Virus record (IMG/VR): IMGVR_UViG_3300012665_001002
Coordinates: 1 to 27,874 of that record
Length of the DNA stretch: 27,874 nucleotides
DNA from: a virus
Taxonomy: Duplodnaviria > Caudoviricetes
Strand: one strand, 5' to 3'
Below, one piece after another: positions 7,370-16,608 of the stretch. A program made the position numbers and the translations under genes. The number at the start of each line of letters is the position of its first letter. Within the stretch, counting starts at the first letter, position 1. The notes below the pieces were generated by a model. That model saw only the letters and a program-made list of their open reading frames with translations, searched no databases and was not told the DNA's origin.

Positions 7370-7532
7370 GTTAGATAAAAACGAAGTTAAAGCAATCAGA
7401 GAATTATTAGAAAAAAATACCTACACACATAATGAAATAGCAAATATGTTTGGGGTTACAAGAGGTCACATAACCAAAATAAAAAATAAAAAAAGGTGGA
7501 ATATAATTTATGGAAAAGAAAGTCAGAGTTAA
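7362..7532 (+). CDS. Small helix-turn-helix protein (56 aa)
   Basis: MVKLDKNEVKAIRELLEKNTYTHNEIANMFGVTRGHITKIKNKKRW; overlaps both neighbours; missed by the ORF track. Confidence 0.75.
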   Translation: MVKLDKNEVKAIRELLEKNTYTHNEIANMFGVTRGHITKIKNKKRWNIIYGKESQS

Positions 7533-7842
7533 TGCAAAAAAGAAAGGTGAGTTCGTAAGTTTATCAGATGAAGAACTAGTCTTTACAGAATCAACAAAAG
7601 AACCTTGTGAGACATGCAAAGAACCAAAAGAAATAGAAGTTAAAATGGAAAAATATACAAAACAAGAAATGGATTTGGCTATGACTATGGTTGATAGATA
7701 CAATTTAACAAGACAAGAAATTGAATGGTTAACAAATCTAAATAACAGGGTACTCAACGATAGGAAGAGAGCTGGTTGTGGAAAGTGTCTAGTTCAAGTT
7801 AAGAAGAACTTAGCAAACGCATATCAAAGATTATACGGATAG
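7510..7842 (+). CDS. Hypothetical protein with two CxxC motifs
   Basis: CETC and CGKC. Confidence 0.7.
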   Translation: MEKKVRVNAKKKGEFVSLSDEELVFTESTKEPCETCKEPKEIEVKMEKYTKQEMDLAMTMVDRYNLTRQEIEWLTNLNNRVLNDRKRAGCGKCLVQVKKNLANAYQRLYG

Positions 7843-7901
7843 TATAGACATTTTTGTTGCATTACATATTTATTAATATAAACAACGAACTAACAACGAG
7901 T

Positions 7902-8276
7902 ATGCCAAACCCAGAAAACCTAAAAGCGTTAAAAAAAGGTTATGACCCAAGAAGAAATCTTAAGGGTAGACCAAGAAAGTGGATATCTGAAATAAAAGAA
8001 CAAGGATATGCATTATCTGAAATAACAGATGCAATCCAAGTATTGATATCACTAGACTTAGAACAATTACAGGATATAAGAAACAATCCAGCATCCACAG
8101 TATTGGAGGTAACCATTGCATCAGCAATTATAAGGTCAATACAGAAGGGTGATTTGAATTCAATAGAAACATTAATCACAAGAGTATTTGGAAAACCTAA
8201 AGAAGAAATCAAACAAGATATAAACATCACTAACCATGTGATAAAATTAAAATTCGGTAATAAAGATGGAGAATAG
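7902..8276 (+). CDS. Terminase small subunit (putative)
   Basis: MPNPENLK...KKG...NLKGRPRK N-terminus, helical core ending RVFGKPKE, upstream of TerL; start moved from TTG 7854. Confidence 0.7.
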   Translation: MPNPENLKALKKGYDPRRNLKGRPRKWISEIKEQGYALSEITDAIQVLISLDLEQLQDIRNNPASTVLEVTIASAIIRSIQKGDLNSIETLITRVFGKPKEEIKQDINITNHVIKLKFGNKDGE

Positions 8277-8352
8277 TATATGCGGAATACATTGTTGTTT
8301 GCTTGATAAAGAAGGAAGTTGTATGTTATGTCTATTAAACAGAAATCAATAA
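8266..8352 (+). CDS. Possible 28-aa Cys-rich peptide (MENSICGIHCCLLDKEGSCMLCLLNRNQ)
   Basis: Overlaps the TerS stop and tiles the gap; CxxH and CxxC motifs. Confidence 0.45.
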   Translation: MENSICGIHCCLLDKEGSCMLCLLNRNQ

Positions 8353-8355
8353 AAT

Positions 8356-8520
8356 ATGCCAAGAAGTAAAGTTAGAGACGGAAGAAAAGCTCACAACAAG
8401 AGAATCAGACACAGAAAGTTGATGAAAAATCATCAAGTATTAGCAATCTCAGCATTGAAACAAAAGATATGGGATGAGGCTAAGGAAAGATACGAGAAAG
8501 AAAAACTTGAGAACAAATGA
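8356..8520 (+). CDS. Small basic protein (54 aa)
   Basis: MPRSKVRDGRKAHNKRIRHRK...; ends 1 nt before the MTase ATG. Confidence 0.6.
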   Translation: MPRSKVRDGRKAHNKRIRHRKLMKNHQVLAISALKQKIWDEAKERYEKEKLENK

Positions 8521-8521
8521 T

Positions 8522-9025
8522 ATGAGTTACAAAAAAGCACAAGGCAGAAGTGATTTTTTCCAAACACCAAATTATGCACTTGAACCAATTTTGCAATTCA
8601 TAAATAAAGAATATTCAATTTGGGAGCCAGCATCAGCAAATGGTAATATTGTAAATTATTTTATTGATAATGGTTATACAATAACAGGAACAGACATTAC
8701 CAATAATGTAAACTTTTTCAACACAGAAATAGATTGTGATTGTATTATTACCAATCCTCCATATTCTATCAAAGATAAATGGATACAAAGATGTTATGAA
8801 CTAAATAAACCATTTATGTTGTTATTACCAATAACAGCATTAGAAGGAAAGTTTAGACAAAAGATGTATAGTGAAAAAGGACTTGAACTTATTTTGATGA
8901 ATAAAAGAATTAACTATGAAACCCCAAGTCAAAAAAAATCAAGCGCTTGGTTTGCATCCGCTTGGTTTACATATGGGTTCAATTTACCATCACAAATAAA
9001 CTTTGTTGAATTACAAAATGATTAA
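8522..9025 (+). CDS. Orphan amino (probably N6-adenine) DNA methyltransferase-like protein
   Basis: DFFQTP, WEPASANG (SAM-binding variant) and ITNPPY (catalytic motif IV); start moved from 8474. Confidence 0.8.
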   Translation: MSYKKAQGRSDFFQTPNYALEPILQFINKEYSIWEPASANGNIVNYFIDNGYTITGTDITNNVNFFNTEIDCDCIITNPPYSIKDKWIQRCYELNKPFMLLLPITALEGKFRQKMYSEKGLELILMNKRINYETPSQKKSSAWFASAWFTYGFNLPSQINFVELQND

Positions 9026-10256
9026 CGAACTTATTGTTGAAGGTTTTACCCCCACATCAAAACAAAAGGAAATAATAGATGCTTGTACTGATGATACAAC
9101 CAAATACATTGTTGGATGTTTTGGAAGACAAGCTGGTAAATCATTCACAGCACAAAATCTAATACTCAAGTGGGTATTAGAAGACAATGGTTCAGTTGCA
9201 ATGTGGGTATCACCGGTATATTCCCAAGCAAAAAAAGTATTTACAGAATTAGTCAATTCAATTGCAGGGACCGGATTAACAAGCTCTGTCAATAAGTCAG
9301 AACTTGAAATAAGGTTTATTAATGGTTCAACATTATATTTTAGGTCAGGGGAAAGAGAAGATACATTACGTGGTTATACATTAACTTATTTGGTTGTGGA
9401 TGAGGCAGCATACATCAAAGACAATGTATGGAATGAAGTATTAAGACCGACAGTATTGGTTCACGGAAAGAAGGTATTGTTTATTTCAACACCAAAGGGA
9501 AAGAACTGGTTTTACAATATTGCAATAAGGGGAGGTTCGCCAGAATACCCCAAGTATAAAACATTCTATGCAACTTCATTTGATAGTCCTTACATAACTA
9601 AAGAAGAACTTGAGGAAGCAAAATTATCCCTACCTGACAAAATATACAAACAAGAAATATTAGCAGAGTTCATAGATGATGGTGGTGAGGTATTTGGAAA
9701 CTTGAAATTAAGTTCAATAATGAGTGATTATGCTAAACAAGAGACAACAGAAAAATATTACGCAGGACTAGATTTTGGAAGACAAAATGACTACACGGTA
9801 CTTACCATACTCAATTCAAAGGGAGAAATGGTTGATTTTTATAGAGAAAGACAAAAGAGTTGGGACATCATTATATCTGAAGTATTGGTTAAGTTAAGAA
9901 AGTGGAAACCAGTAGGTTATGCAGAGGTTAACTCAATAGGTGATGTGTTATATGAAACATTAAGAAAACAATATTCAAACATTCAACCCTTCGTTACAAA
10001 TAATGATTCAAAGCAAAACATTATTGAAGATTTAATAATGGGGATGAATGAGAACAAGATTAAACTACCATCACAGACATTAAATGCAGACCTATACAAG
10101 GAGTTATCTGTTTTTACATACGAATACTCACCTAAGACAAGAAGAGTTAAATATGGAGCTCCCAGTGGGTTCCATGATGACTGTGTTATATCACTAGCAT
10201 TAGCATACCATTCATTCAAGACAAAGATAAATTATGGCAAGTATGTCATAAGATAG
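9018..10256 (+). CDS. terL: Terminase large subunit
   Basis: Walker A GRQAGKS, Walker B LVVDEAA, coupling motif ISTP, nuclease GLDFG...D and HDDCV. Confidence 0.95.
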   Translation: MINELIVEGFTPTSKQKEIIDACTDDTTKYIVGCFGRQAGKSFTAQNLILKWVLEDNGSVAMWVSPVYSQAKKVFTELVNSIAGTGLTSSVNKSELEIRFINGSTLYFRSGEREDTLRGYTLTYLVVDEAAYIKDNVWNEVLRPTVLVHGKKVLFISTPKGKNWFYNIAIRGGSPEYPKYKTFYATSFDSPYITKEELEEAKLSLPDKIYKQEILAEFIDDGGEVFGNLKLSSIMSDYAKQETTEKYYAGLDFGRQNDYTVLTILNSKGEMVDFYRERQKSWDIIISEVLVKLRKWKPVGYAEVNSIGDVLYETLRKQYSNIQPFVTNNDSKQNIIEDLIMGMNENKIKLPSQTLNADLYKELSVFTYEYSPKTRRVKYGAPSGFHDDCVISLALAYHSFKTKINYGKYVIR

Positions 10257-10294
10257 TTGTGAACGAAATAAACCAAAAATATATTTTTTTATAG

Positions 10295-10969
10295 ATGATT
10301 AAACATACGATAACATACCAAGACAAAGAATATGTGGTGAATGAACCATCTATCCAAATATGGACGAAGCTAGACTTCTACAAAGACATTTTGGATGACA
10401 ATGATTTTGTTATCAAAATAATCAGTGAATCAACTGGTTTAACTGAAGAACAAATAATGCAAGCTGACTGGTTTGATATTCTACAAGTAGCTTCAGGTTT
10501 ATCAGAACTATTATTAAACATAAATGATGACTTCCACCCTGACTTTGAGTTTGATGGGGTTAAGTATAAGTTTATTGACCTCCCCAATTTAACATTCGGT
10601 GAGTTTATTGATATTGATTCGTTCTTACAAAAGAATGAAGCAGAAAGAAAGAACCAATTAAACTTTTTGATGGCATTATTTTACAGAGAAGTTGGTGAAG
10701 ATGGTAAGGTGGTTAAGAATGATGGGGAACTATTACAAGCAAGAGCAGAGAAGTTCAAAAACCTACCAGTAAGATATGTGCATGGAGCTTTGGGTTTTTT
10801 TTTGCGTTTAGAAAAAATATTACAAAAACCTTCACTAAGATTTTTGGTAAGGTTGAAATGGATACAGATGAAGAAGAAATGGAACAAAGCGAAGACGAAA
10901 GCTTTGCAAAGTATTGGGGGTGGTTTGGCGTTTTGGCGACCCTCTCAAATGAAGACATCACAAAAATAG
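10295..10969 (+). CDS. Putative tail assembly chaperone (unshifted product)
   Basis: LTFGEFIDID...LMALFYR...GALGFF; contains a slippery site. Confidence 0.6.
   Translation: MIKHTITYQDKEYVVNEPSIQIWTKLDFYKDILDDNDFVIKIISESTGLTEEQIMQADWFDILQVASGLSELLLNINDDFHPDFEFDGVKYKFIDLPNLTFGEFIDIDSFLQKNEAERKNQLNFLMALFYREVGEDGKVVKNDGELLQARAEKFKNLPVRYVHGALGFFLRLEKILQKPSLRFLVRLKWIQMKKKWNKAKTKALQSIGGGLAFWRPSQMKTSQK
10792..10803 (+). other. -1 ribosomal frameshift candidate (G GGT TTT / T TTT TTT)
   Basis: X XXY YYZ heptamers in the correct phase; the -1 frame is open to 11094. Confidence 0.7.
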
Positions 10970-11094
10970 GAACAATCATTGAATACCCATTAGTATTCGT
11001 ATTGAACTATTTAACATATACAAAAGACCTGCAAGAAGTTAGGGAACAAAAGATGAGGATGGAACAGGCTAAACTAAAAATGAAACAAAGATAA
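10798..11094 (+). CDS. -1 frame extension of the chaperone (GT-like; fusion about 266 aa)
   Basis: FFAFRKNITKTFTKIFG...FAKYWGWF...; includes the ORF called at 10858; stop abuts the next gene. Confidence 0.65.
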   Translation, partial: FFAFRKNITKTFTKIFGKVEMDTDEEEMEQSEDESFAKYWGWFGVLATLSNEDITKIGTIIEYPLVFVLNYLTYTKDLQEVREQKMRMEQAKLKMKQR

Positions 11095-11095
11095 A

Positions 11096-11632
11096 ATGGC
11101 AGGAGTAGGCAAATATAACTTCAAAAAAGTAACTGACTTATTAAAGCAGTTATCACATTATCACGAACAATTGCAAGCGTATGGTATTGGTGATATCAAT
11201 CAACTAATATACTATACCGAAGAAAGGTTAAAACAAAATAATACAATTAACAACTTGGCACCATACTATCCCCTAATGTGGGTAATACCACAAGTAGCTA
11301 CTACTGATGGTAGACAAATGGTATATGAGTTTGATATTTTGATTATGGATATTCTCAATGTTAAAAACTTTGAGAATGAAATAGATGTGTGGAGTGATAC
11401 ATTGGATATCTTGAAAGATGTTATTGCACAATTAAGATATTCGTGTGATGAATGTTATACTAATTGGGATGTAGATTATCCAGTTCAGATGACCCCATTT
11501 AGTGAATCGTTTGATGACTATGTGTCAGGTTGGACTGGTAGAATAAAACTTAAGATGGGTGATGCTATTGATAGGTGTGATGCACCTTATAATACTTTCC
11601 CACCTTGTCTAGATAATCCTGGTTGTTCGTGA
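11096..11632 (+). CDS. Putative tail terminator/completion protein
   Basis: 178 aa, acidic, YPLMWV...PFSESFDDYVSGW; size and position. Confidence 0.55.
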   Translation: MAGVGKYNFKKVTDLLKQLSHYHEQLQAYGIGDINQLIYYTEERLKQNNTINNLAPYYPLMWVIPQVATTDGRQMVYEFDILIMDILNVKNFENEIDVWSDTLDILKDVIAQLRYSCDECYTNWDVDYPVQMTPFSESFDDYVSGWTGRIKLKMGDAIDRCDAPYNTFPPCLDNPGCS

Positions 11633-12159
11633 GTGAAATAGATTTGGCAGTTTTTAATCAGACAATGGAGTACTTGGCGAATAAGTTTGCTGAGGAACTA
11701 CAGAATGCATTAGAAAAACCATATCCATTTGCACCAGGTTATAAAAATCAAAGGGCACCATTTGGTGTATCCCCAAAGATAGCAACAGGTGGTTTAATCG
11801 GGTCAATATCATCAACATATAATCCAGCAGACCAAGAGATAACAGTATCAATGGCTGATTATTGGAGGTATGTAAATGATGGTAGAAAACCTGGTAAGTA
11901 TGCACCATTACAATCAATAAAGGATTGGATAAGAGCGAAGGGATTAAAAGGTCGTAATAAAAAAACAGGAAGGTTTATAACCAACGAAAGTTTTGCGTGG
12001 GGTATAAACACTAACATAAAGAAGTTTGGTATTGCTCCAACATATTTCTATGATACAGCATTTACCAACTTTGAAAAGTATTTTGAAGATGAGGCAATAC
12101 AAGCATTAGGTATTGATATTGAAACATTCTTTGAAAAAGTATTTGAAGAAAACATATAA
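11629..12159 (+). CDS. Putative neck/tail-completion protein (HK97 gp10-like)
   Basis: ATGGLIGSI, YWRYVNDGRKPG and GIAPTYF; GTGA overlap start. Confidence 0.6.
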   Translation: MSEIDLAVFNQTMEYLANKFAEELQNALEKPYPFAPGYKNQRAPFGVSPKIATGGLIGSISSTYNPADQEITVSMADYWRYVNDGRKPGKYAPLQSIKDWIRAKGLKGRNKKTGRFITNESFAWGINTNIKKFGIAPTYFYDTAFTNFEKYFEDEAIQALGIDIETFFEKVFEENI

Positions 12160-12161
12160 AA

Positions 12162-13817
12162 ATGAGTATAACACTTGATATAAGCCAATCACCTATTTTG
12201 ATTAGTCCATCAAACACTAATCATATCTACAATGTTAGAACCACAGATAGTGGTTATACATTAACTGACTTCCAATACATTTGTGATGTGTATGAAAGAC
12301 CATCAGAAGTTGATTGGAATAATAACAATTATGCTAACAGAATAGCAAGGTTGAAGATATTACCTAACACATATGGTAATGCAATTTTAGACCTTGAGGA
12401 GATTGTTAGAACATTACTCAATGCAAACCCAAGATTTACGGGAAGCACATATCCATATCTAAACCCCGCATCTGATGTGAATAAAGTAATCACATTAGCA
12501 AGTGGGGAAGCAACCATTGAATATAATGGTAGTAACTTATGGGATAGTGGTTCACCAAATGCTTCAGTTGACCAATTATGGCATATCCAAGAATATAGAG
12601 CAATGTTCGGTTATTCTTATTTGTCAGGTAATTCAATTGTGGAAGTAGTAGATGTAATCGCAGAATATCAACCCCAATCAGTTACCATATTTCCTGGTGT
12701 TGATAATAAGTTGATACCAGCACCATTCTTAACAGGAGCAACACCAGTTACAGGGTCAACAGCAATAGGTCCCAACTGGTTTCAATATAATAACCTAAAT
12801 CATTTATATTATGATTTATGGAGACACCAATATTTTTCAGGACAATCACACACAGATACTAGTTGTAGTTATGATGTAGATTATTGTTCCCCATCAGAAT
12901 TATTAAATGCTGCGGGTAGATTATATAAGATTATTTCACAGCCTGATGTAGTAGATACAAGAGTAAGAACAAGAAAACATCATCCTGATTGTCCTATCAT
13001 AGTTTCATTTTTGAATGGGAAAAACCCTTATTTTGTTAATGATATCTATAGTTTAGCTATCCGTGCTAGTGATTCTGTTCACGGAAATTACACTTATTCA
13101 GCAGAAACGCTAAATAGAATAGATACTGCATTACCTACAGATATTGAACCAATAAATTCAAGATTTAAGATGGGGGTATTCTATCTCCCATATAATGTAA
13201 CTGATGACGGAACAAATATTATCCCAACTGATGCAGAGAAAGTTTGTTTCTATGGAACTTCATATCAAGAAACAAAAGATGAAAGATTAGCATTCTCAAA
13301 CAGAACAACTGAAATATTGGAGTTTGTAATGCAAGAAAGAAGCTGTGTAAATATCCCCGTTCATATATTATTTTTGAATGGTAGAGGTATGTGGGACACT
13401 TATACATTTGGTGGTAAGACAGCAAAAACTTTGGATATTACAAGACCAAGTTATAGACAAGAAATGTCTTTGAATAAGCAATTCTACAATGTAGGTTCTT
13501 TTCAAAGGGGAACAAGAATATATGAACAAGAACTAGAAGAGAATTGGGAATGTCAAACTTGGTATATGAGCCAGAATGATGTTACAATTATGGAAGAAAT
13601 ATTTATGTCTCCCGAAGTGTATATTATTGACGGAACAGTTATTAAGGACCTATCTTGTGTATCTTGTCTTAATGAAGTTAGATTATACCAACACCTTATA
13701 CCTGTTGTTATCAAAGACAAAAGTTTCAAGGTATGGAACAAGCAATATGAAAAATTATTTCAATATAAACTAACTCTACAATATGCAGGGTTTAAGAGAT
13801 ATAGAACGCAAGGATAA
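12162..13817 (+). CDS. Virion tail structural protein
   Basis: 551 aa; C-terminal FLNGRGMWDTYTF...EIFMSPEVY recalled from Bacteroidota phage tail proteins. Confidence 0.6.
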   Translation: MSITLDISQSPILISPSNTNHIYNVRTTDSGYTLTDFQYICDVYERPSEVDWNNNNYANRIARLKILPNTYGNAILDLEEIVRTLLNANPRFTGSTYPYLNPASDVNKVITLASGEATIEYNGSNLWDSGSPNASVDQLWHIQEYRAMFGYSYLSGNSIVEVVDVIAEYQPQSVTIFPGVDNKLIPAPFLTGATPVTGSTAIGPNWFQYNNLNHLYYDLWRHQYFSGQSHTDTSCSYDVDYCSPSELLNAAGRLYKIISQPDVVDTRVRTRKHHPDCPIIVSFLNGKNPYFVNDIYSLAIRASDSVHGNYTYSAETLNRIDTALPTDIEPINSRFKMGVFYLPYNVTDDGTNIIPTDAEKVCFYGTSYQETKDERLAFSNRTTEILEFVMQERSCVNIPVHILFLNGRGMWDTYTFGGKTAKTLDITRPSYRQEMSLNKQFYNVGSFQRGTRIYEQELEENWECQTWYMSQNDVTIMEEIFMSPEVYIIDGTVIKDLSCVSCLNEVRLYQHLIPVVIKDKSFKVWNKQYEKLFQYKLTLQYAGFKRYRTQG

Positions 13818-16576
13818 TGAATGTACAACTAATAACTAATGTAGCTGGTAATCAAGAATATATTGAACTATATGGTAGTGAATCATTATCATTAGATGTT
13901 TCATTTGCAGAAATACAAGATATTACAAAAAAGAATTCAGCATATACAAAAGAATTTAATGTTCCTGGTTCAAACCAAAACAATTATATCTTCAATTACT
14001 TTTTTGACTTTAATCAAGTCCCTTTGGATTGGACACCATCAAAGAAGTTTGAAGCTTGGATTACATATAACAACTATATCATTATGTCTGGTTATATCAG
14101 ATTGAATTATGTGAATATAGATAAAGAACAAAAAACCTACAATATAACATTTTATAATGGGGTTGGTGATGTTGCTGCTAACATTGGTGATAAGTTTATG
14201 AATCAATTGGACCTATCCCATCTATCTCATCCAATGAGCCCAAATGTATATCTTAATTCAACACTTGACCCAAATCTTTTTAATATGAGTGGTGTAACAA
14301 ACTATTCATATCAAAATGGAAAAACATATTGGGGATTATTTAATATTGGTTATAACTACTTAACCAACTTTTCAGCATTAACTCAATTTTATCAGGCATT
14401 CACTACAAGTTCAATTTCCATCAATGGTGGAACAAAAACAGCGACATTTCCATCACCAGCACCATTTCAAAGAGGTGATACAATCAGATTAACATATGAT
14501 ACAAATAACTGGATACAGGGTATCGTTCAAACAAATAATTTAACAACAGGAGTATTAACATTTACTGCAAATTTAGCATTGGGAACTGGTACATATACAT
14601 CTTGGAACTCATCGTTAATTCTACCTGAAAACATTGCAATTACTGACCCTAACTCAACACCATTATTAGAATTTAATGGGGATATACCAAACTATTTTAG
14701 TTTCAGTGGAACTCCTGTAAGAAACTATTATTTCAAACCATCAATACAAGTAAAAGAACTTTACGAACAAATATTTTCACAAGCTGGTTATGAAATAGAA
14801 TCAAACTTTTTTAATACATCTTACTTTGAGAAGTATTATTTACCTCTCAAGTTTTTAGATGAAACAGTATATACAAAAGGTTCACAACAACCTTGTTTTG
14901 ATTTTTCAGGAACATCAGATAATACGGTATACATTGACCCATACTATTATGCGAATACCTTAACTGCTGCAACTTGTAATAACATACCATTCAGTGCAAC
15001 CACAACTGGTTTCACAATAGATGCAGCATTTGAAGGAAGTTATATTTTTCAAGTCATTACAAACTATAATTTAGAAAGTGATGATTTTAATGGTGCAACA
15101 TTTGGTGGGGCATTAGTAGTTAATGGAAGTACCCAATTCTTCCTTAATGCATCACAATCAGCTGGTGATGGTATAAACAACTATACTGATACAGCTTTAA
15201 TACCATTGAATATAAGTGGTAATACTACTATCAGTTTAGCTTATGACCCCAACTTCAATTCATATCTTAACACATATAGTTTTTCAATTTATTTTGCACC
15301 AAGAGTTATTATTGGGAACTTTGATTATGCTAGTGAGTTTCCTGATAATGATTTCAAACAAATAGAATTTATAACTAGTGTTAACAAATATTTCAACTTT
15401 GTAGTTGTCCCTCACCCAACCAAACAAAATACTTTAATAGTTGAACCAATAATTGATTATATAGGTAAAGGTGAAGTTATTGATTGGACTGATAAAATAG
15501 ATTGGGATAGTACCATATCAGTTCAACCAACATCAAATTACCTTAATGGTACATTAGGTTTCAACTTCAAACTTGATAAAGACCAAATTAACCAACAATT
15601 TAATATTGCGTCAAATAGAATATTTGGAACTTATGAGGTTCAGTTAAATCAGGACTATAAGGACAATGTTATAAACTTTGATACAGTATTTGGTTCACCT
15701 ACTGATGTTGCTGTTAATAATAGCAACCAACCAGCAATGACTTTACCTTCTATGGCAACATTGAAGACAGAAGAAGTTGGTGGGAATCCAATACAGAAAT
15801 TTAACCCATATAAAATATTACCAAGAATAATATTCAGGGGACCAGTAATACCAAACGATAACTGGTCTGTACCATCAACAGGTGGAACTGAAACTTGGTG
15901 GGCTGAATCATACCAAATAGATAGGTGGCAATCTACAAATAGGTTTAACACATATCCATTTAGTTATACAGGTTTCAGTCATTACATTAACTTCAATGCT
16001 GCTAACACATATAATTCAACTGAAGATGTATTCCCTACACAACAAGATATGTACGATATCTACTACTATGATTATGTAAGTGATATTGTAAGTCCTGAGA
16101 ATAAGTTAATTAGAGCAAAAATATATCTAACGCCTTGGGAAATAGGGAGCCTAAGATTTGATGAAAGAATTATTGTTAAAAACAATTATTATAGAGTTAA
16201 TAAAATCTCAAACTATAACTTAAGTGAACCAAGCTTATGTGATGTTGAATTAATCAAACTCACAAAAAGTTATACCCCACATCCTGTAAAGTATTTCAGA
16301 TTAGTTTCTTGTGACCCATTGATGGAAGTTTTATACACAAATACTGACCTGAACTATAACTTATACGCTTATGTAGGGAAATATGTTAAAATCTATAATG
16401 ATAATGGAAGCTATGTTGATTGTTTTGAAGTTCAAGACGATGTTCCAACACCTAATGTAGATTATTACCATTATTTTATTGGTAGTGGTTATACAAGTTC
16501 AGGTGTAGGTGTTTATGATAACTGTGGTTGTACTGGTAGAACTTCTTTTGACATTGTGCAAGAAACATATTCATAA
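13817..16576 (+). CDS. Large tail tip/baseplate protein
   Basis: 919 aa; N-terminal EIQDITKKNSAYTKEFNVPG, beta-rich inserts, YYRVNKISNY. Confidence 0.65.
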   Translation: MNVQLITNVAGNQEYIELYGSESLSLDVSFAEIQDITKKNSAYTKEFNVPGSNQNNYIFNYFFDFNQVPLDWTPSKKFEAWITYNNYIIMSGYIRLNYVNIDKEQKTYNITFYNGVGDVAANIGDKFMNQLDLSHLSHPMSPNVYLNSTLDPNLFNMSGVTNYSYQNGKTYWGLFNIGYNYLTNFSALTQFYQAFTTSSISINGGTKTATFPSPAPFQRGDTIRLTYDTNNWIQGIVQTNNLTTGVLTFTANLALGTGTYTSWNSSLILPENIAITDPNSTPLLEFNGDIPNYFSFSGTPVRNYYFKPSIQVKELYEQIFSQAGYEIESNFFNTSYFEKYYLPLKFLDETVYTKGSQQPCFDFSGTSDNTVYIDPYYYANTLTAATCNNIPFSATTTGFTIDAAFEGSYIFQVITNYNLESDDFNGATFGGALVVNGSTQFFLNASQSAGDGINNYTDTALIPLNISGNTTISLAYDPNFNSYLNTYSFSIYFAPRVIIGNFDYASEFPDNDFKQIEFITSVNKYFNFVVVPHPTKQNTLIVEPIIDYIGKGEVIDWTDKIDWDSTISVQPTSNYLNGTLGFNFKLDKDQINQQFNIASNRIFGTYEVQLNQDYKDNVINFDTVFGSPTDVAVNNSNQPAMTLPSMATLKTEEVGGNPIQKFNPYKILPRIIFRGPVIPNDNWSVPSTGGTETWWAESYQIDRWQSTNRFNTYPFSYTGFSHYINFNAANTYNSTEDVFPTQQDMYDIYYYDYVSDIVSPENKLIRAKIYLTPWEIGSLRFDERIIVKNNYYRVNKISNYNLSEPSLCDVELIKLTKSYTPHPVKYFRLVSCDPLMEVLYTNTDLNYNLYAYVGKYVKIYNDNGSYVDCFEVQDDVPTPNVDYYHYFIGSGYTSSGVGVYDNCGCTGRTSFDIVQETYS

Positions 16577-16608
16577 CTTATTTTTATAAAACTAATATTT
16601 AATAGTAT

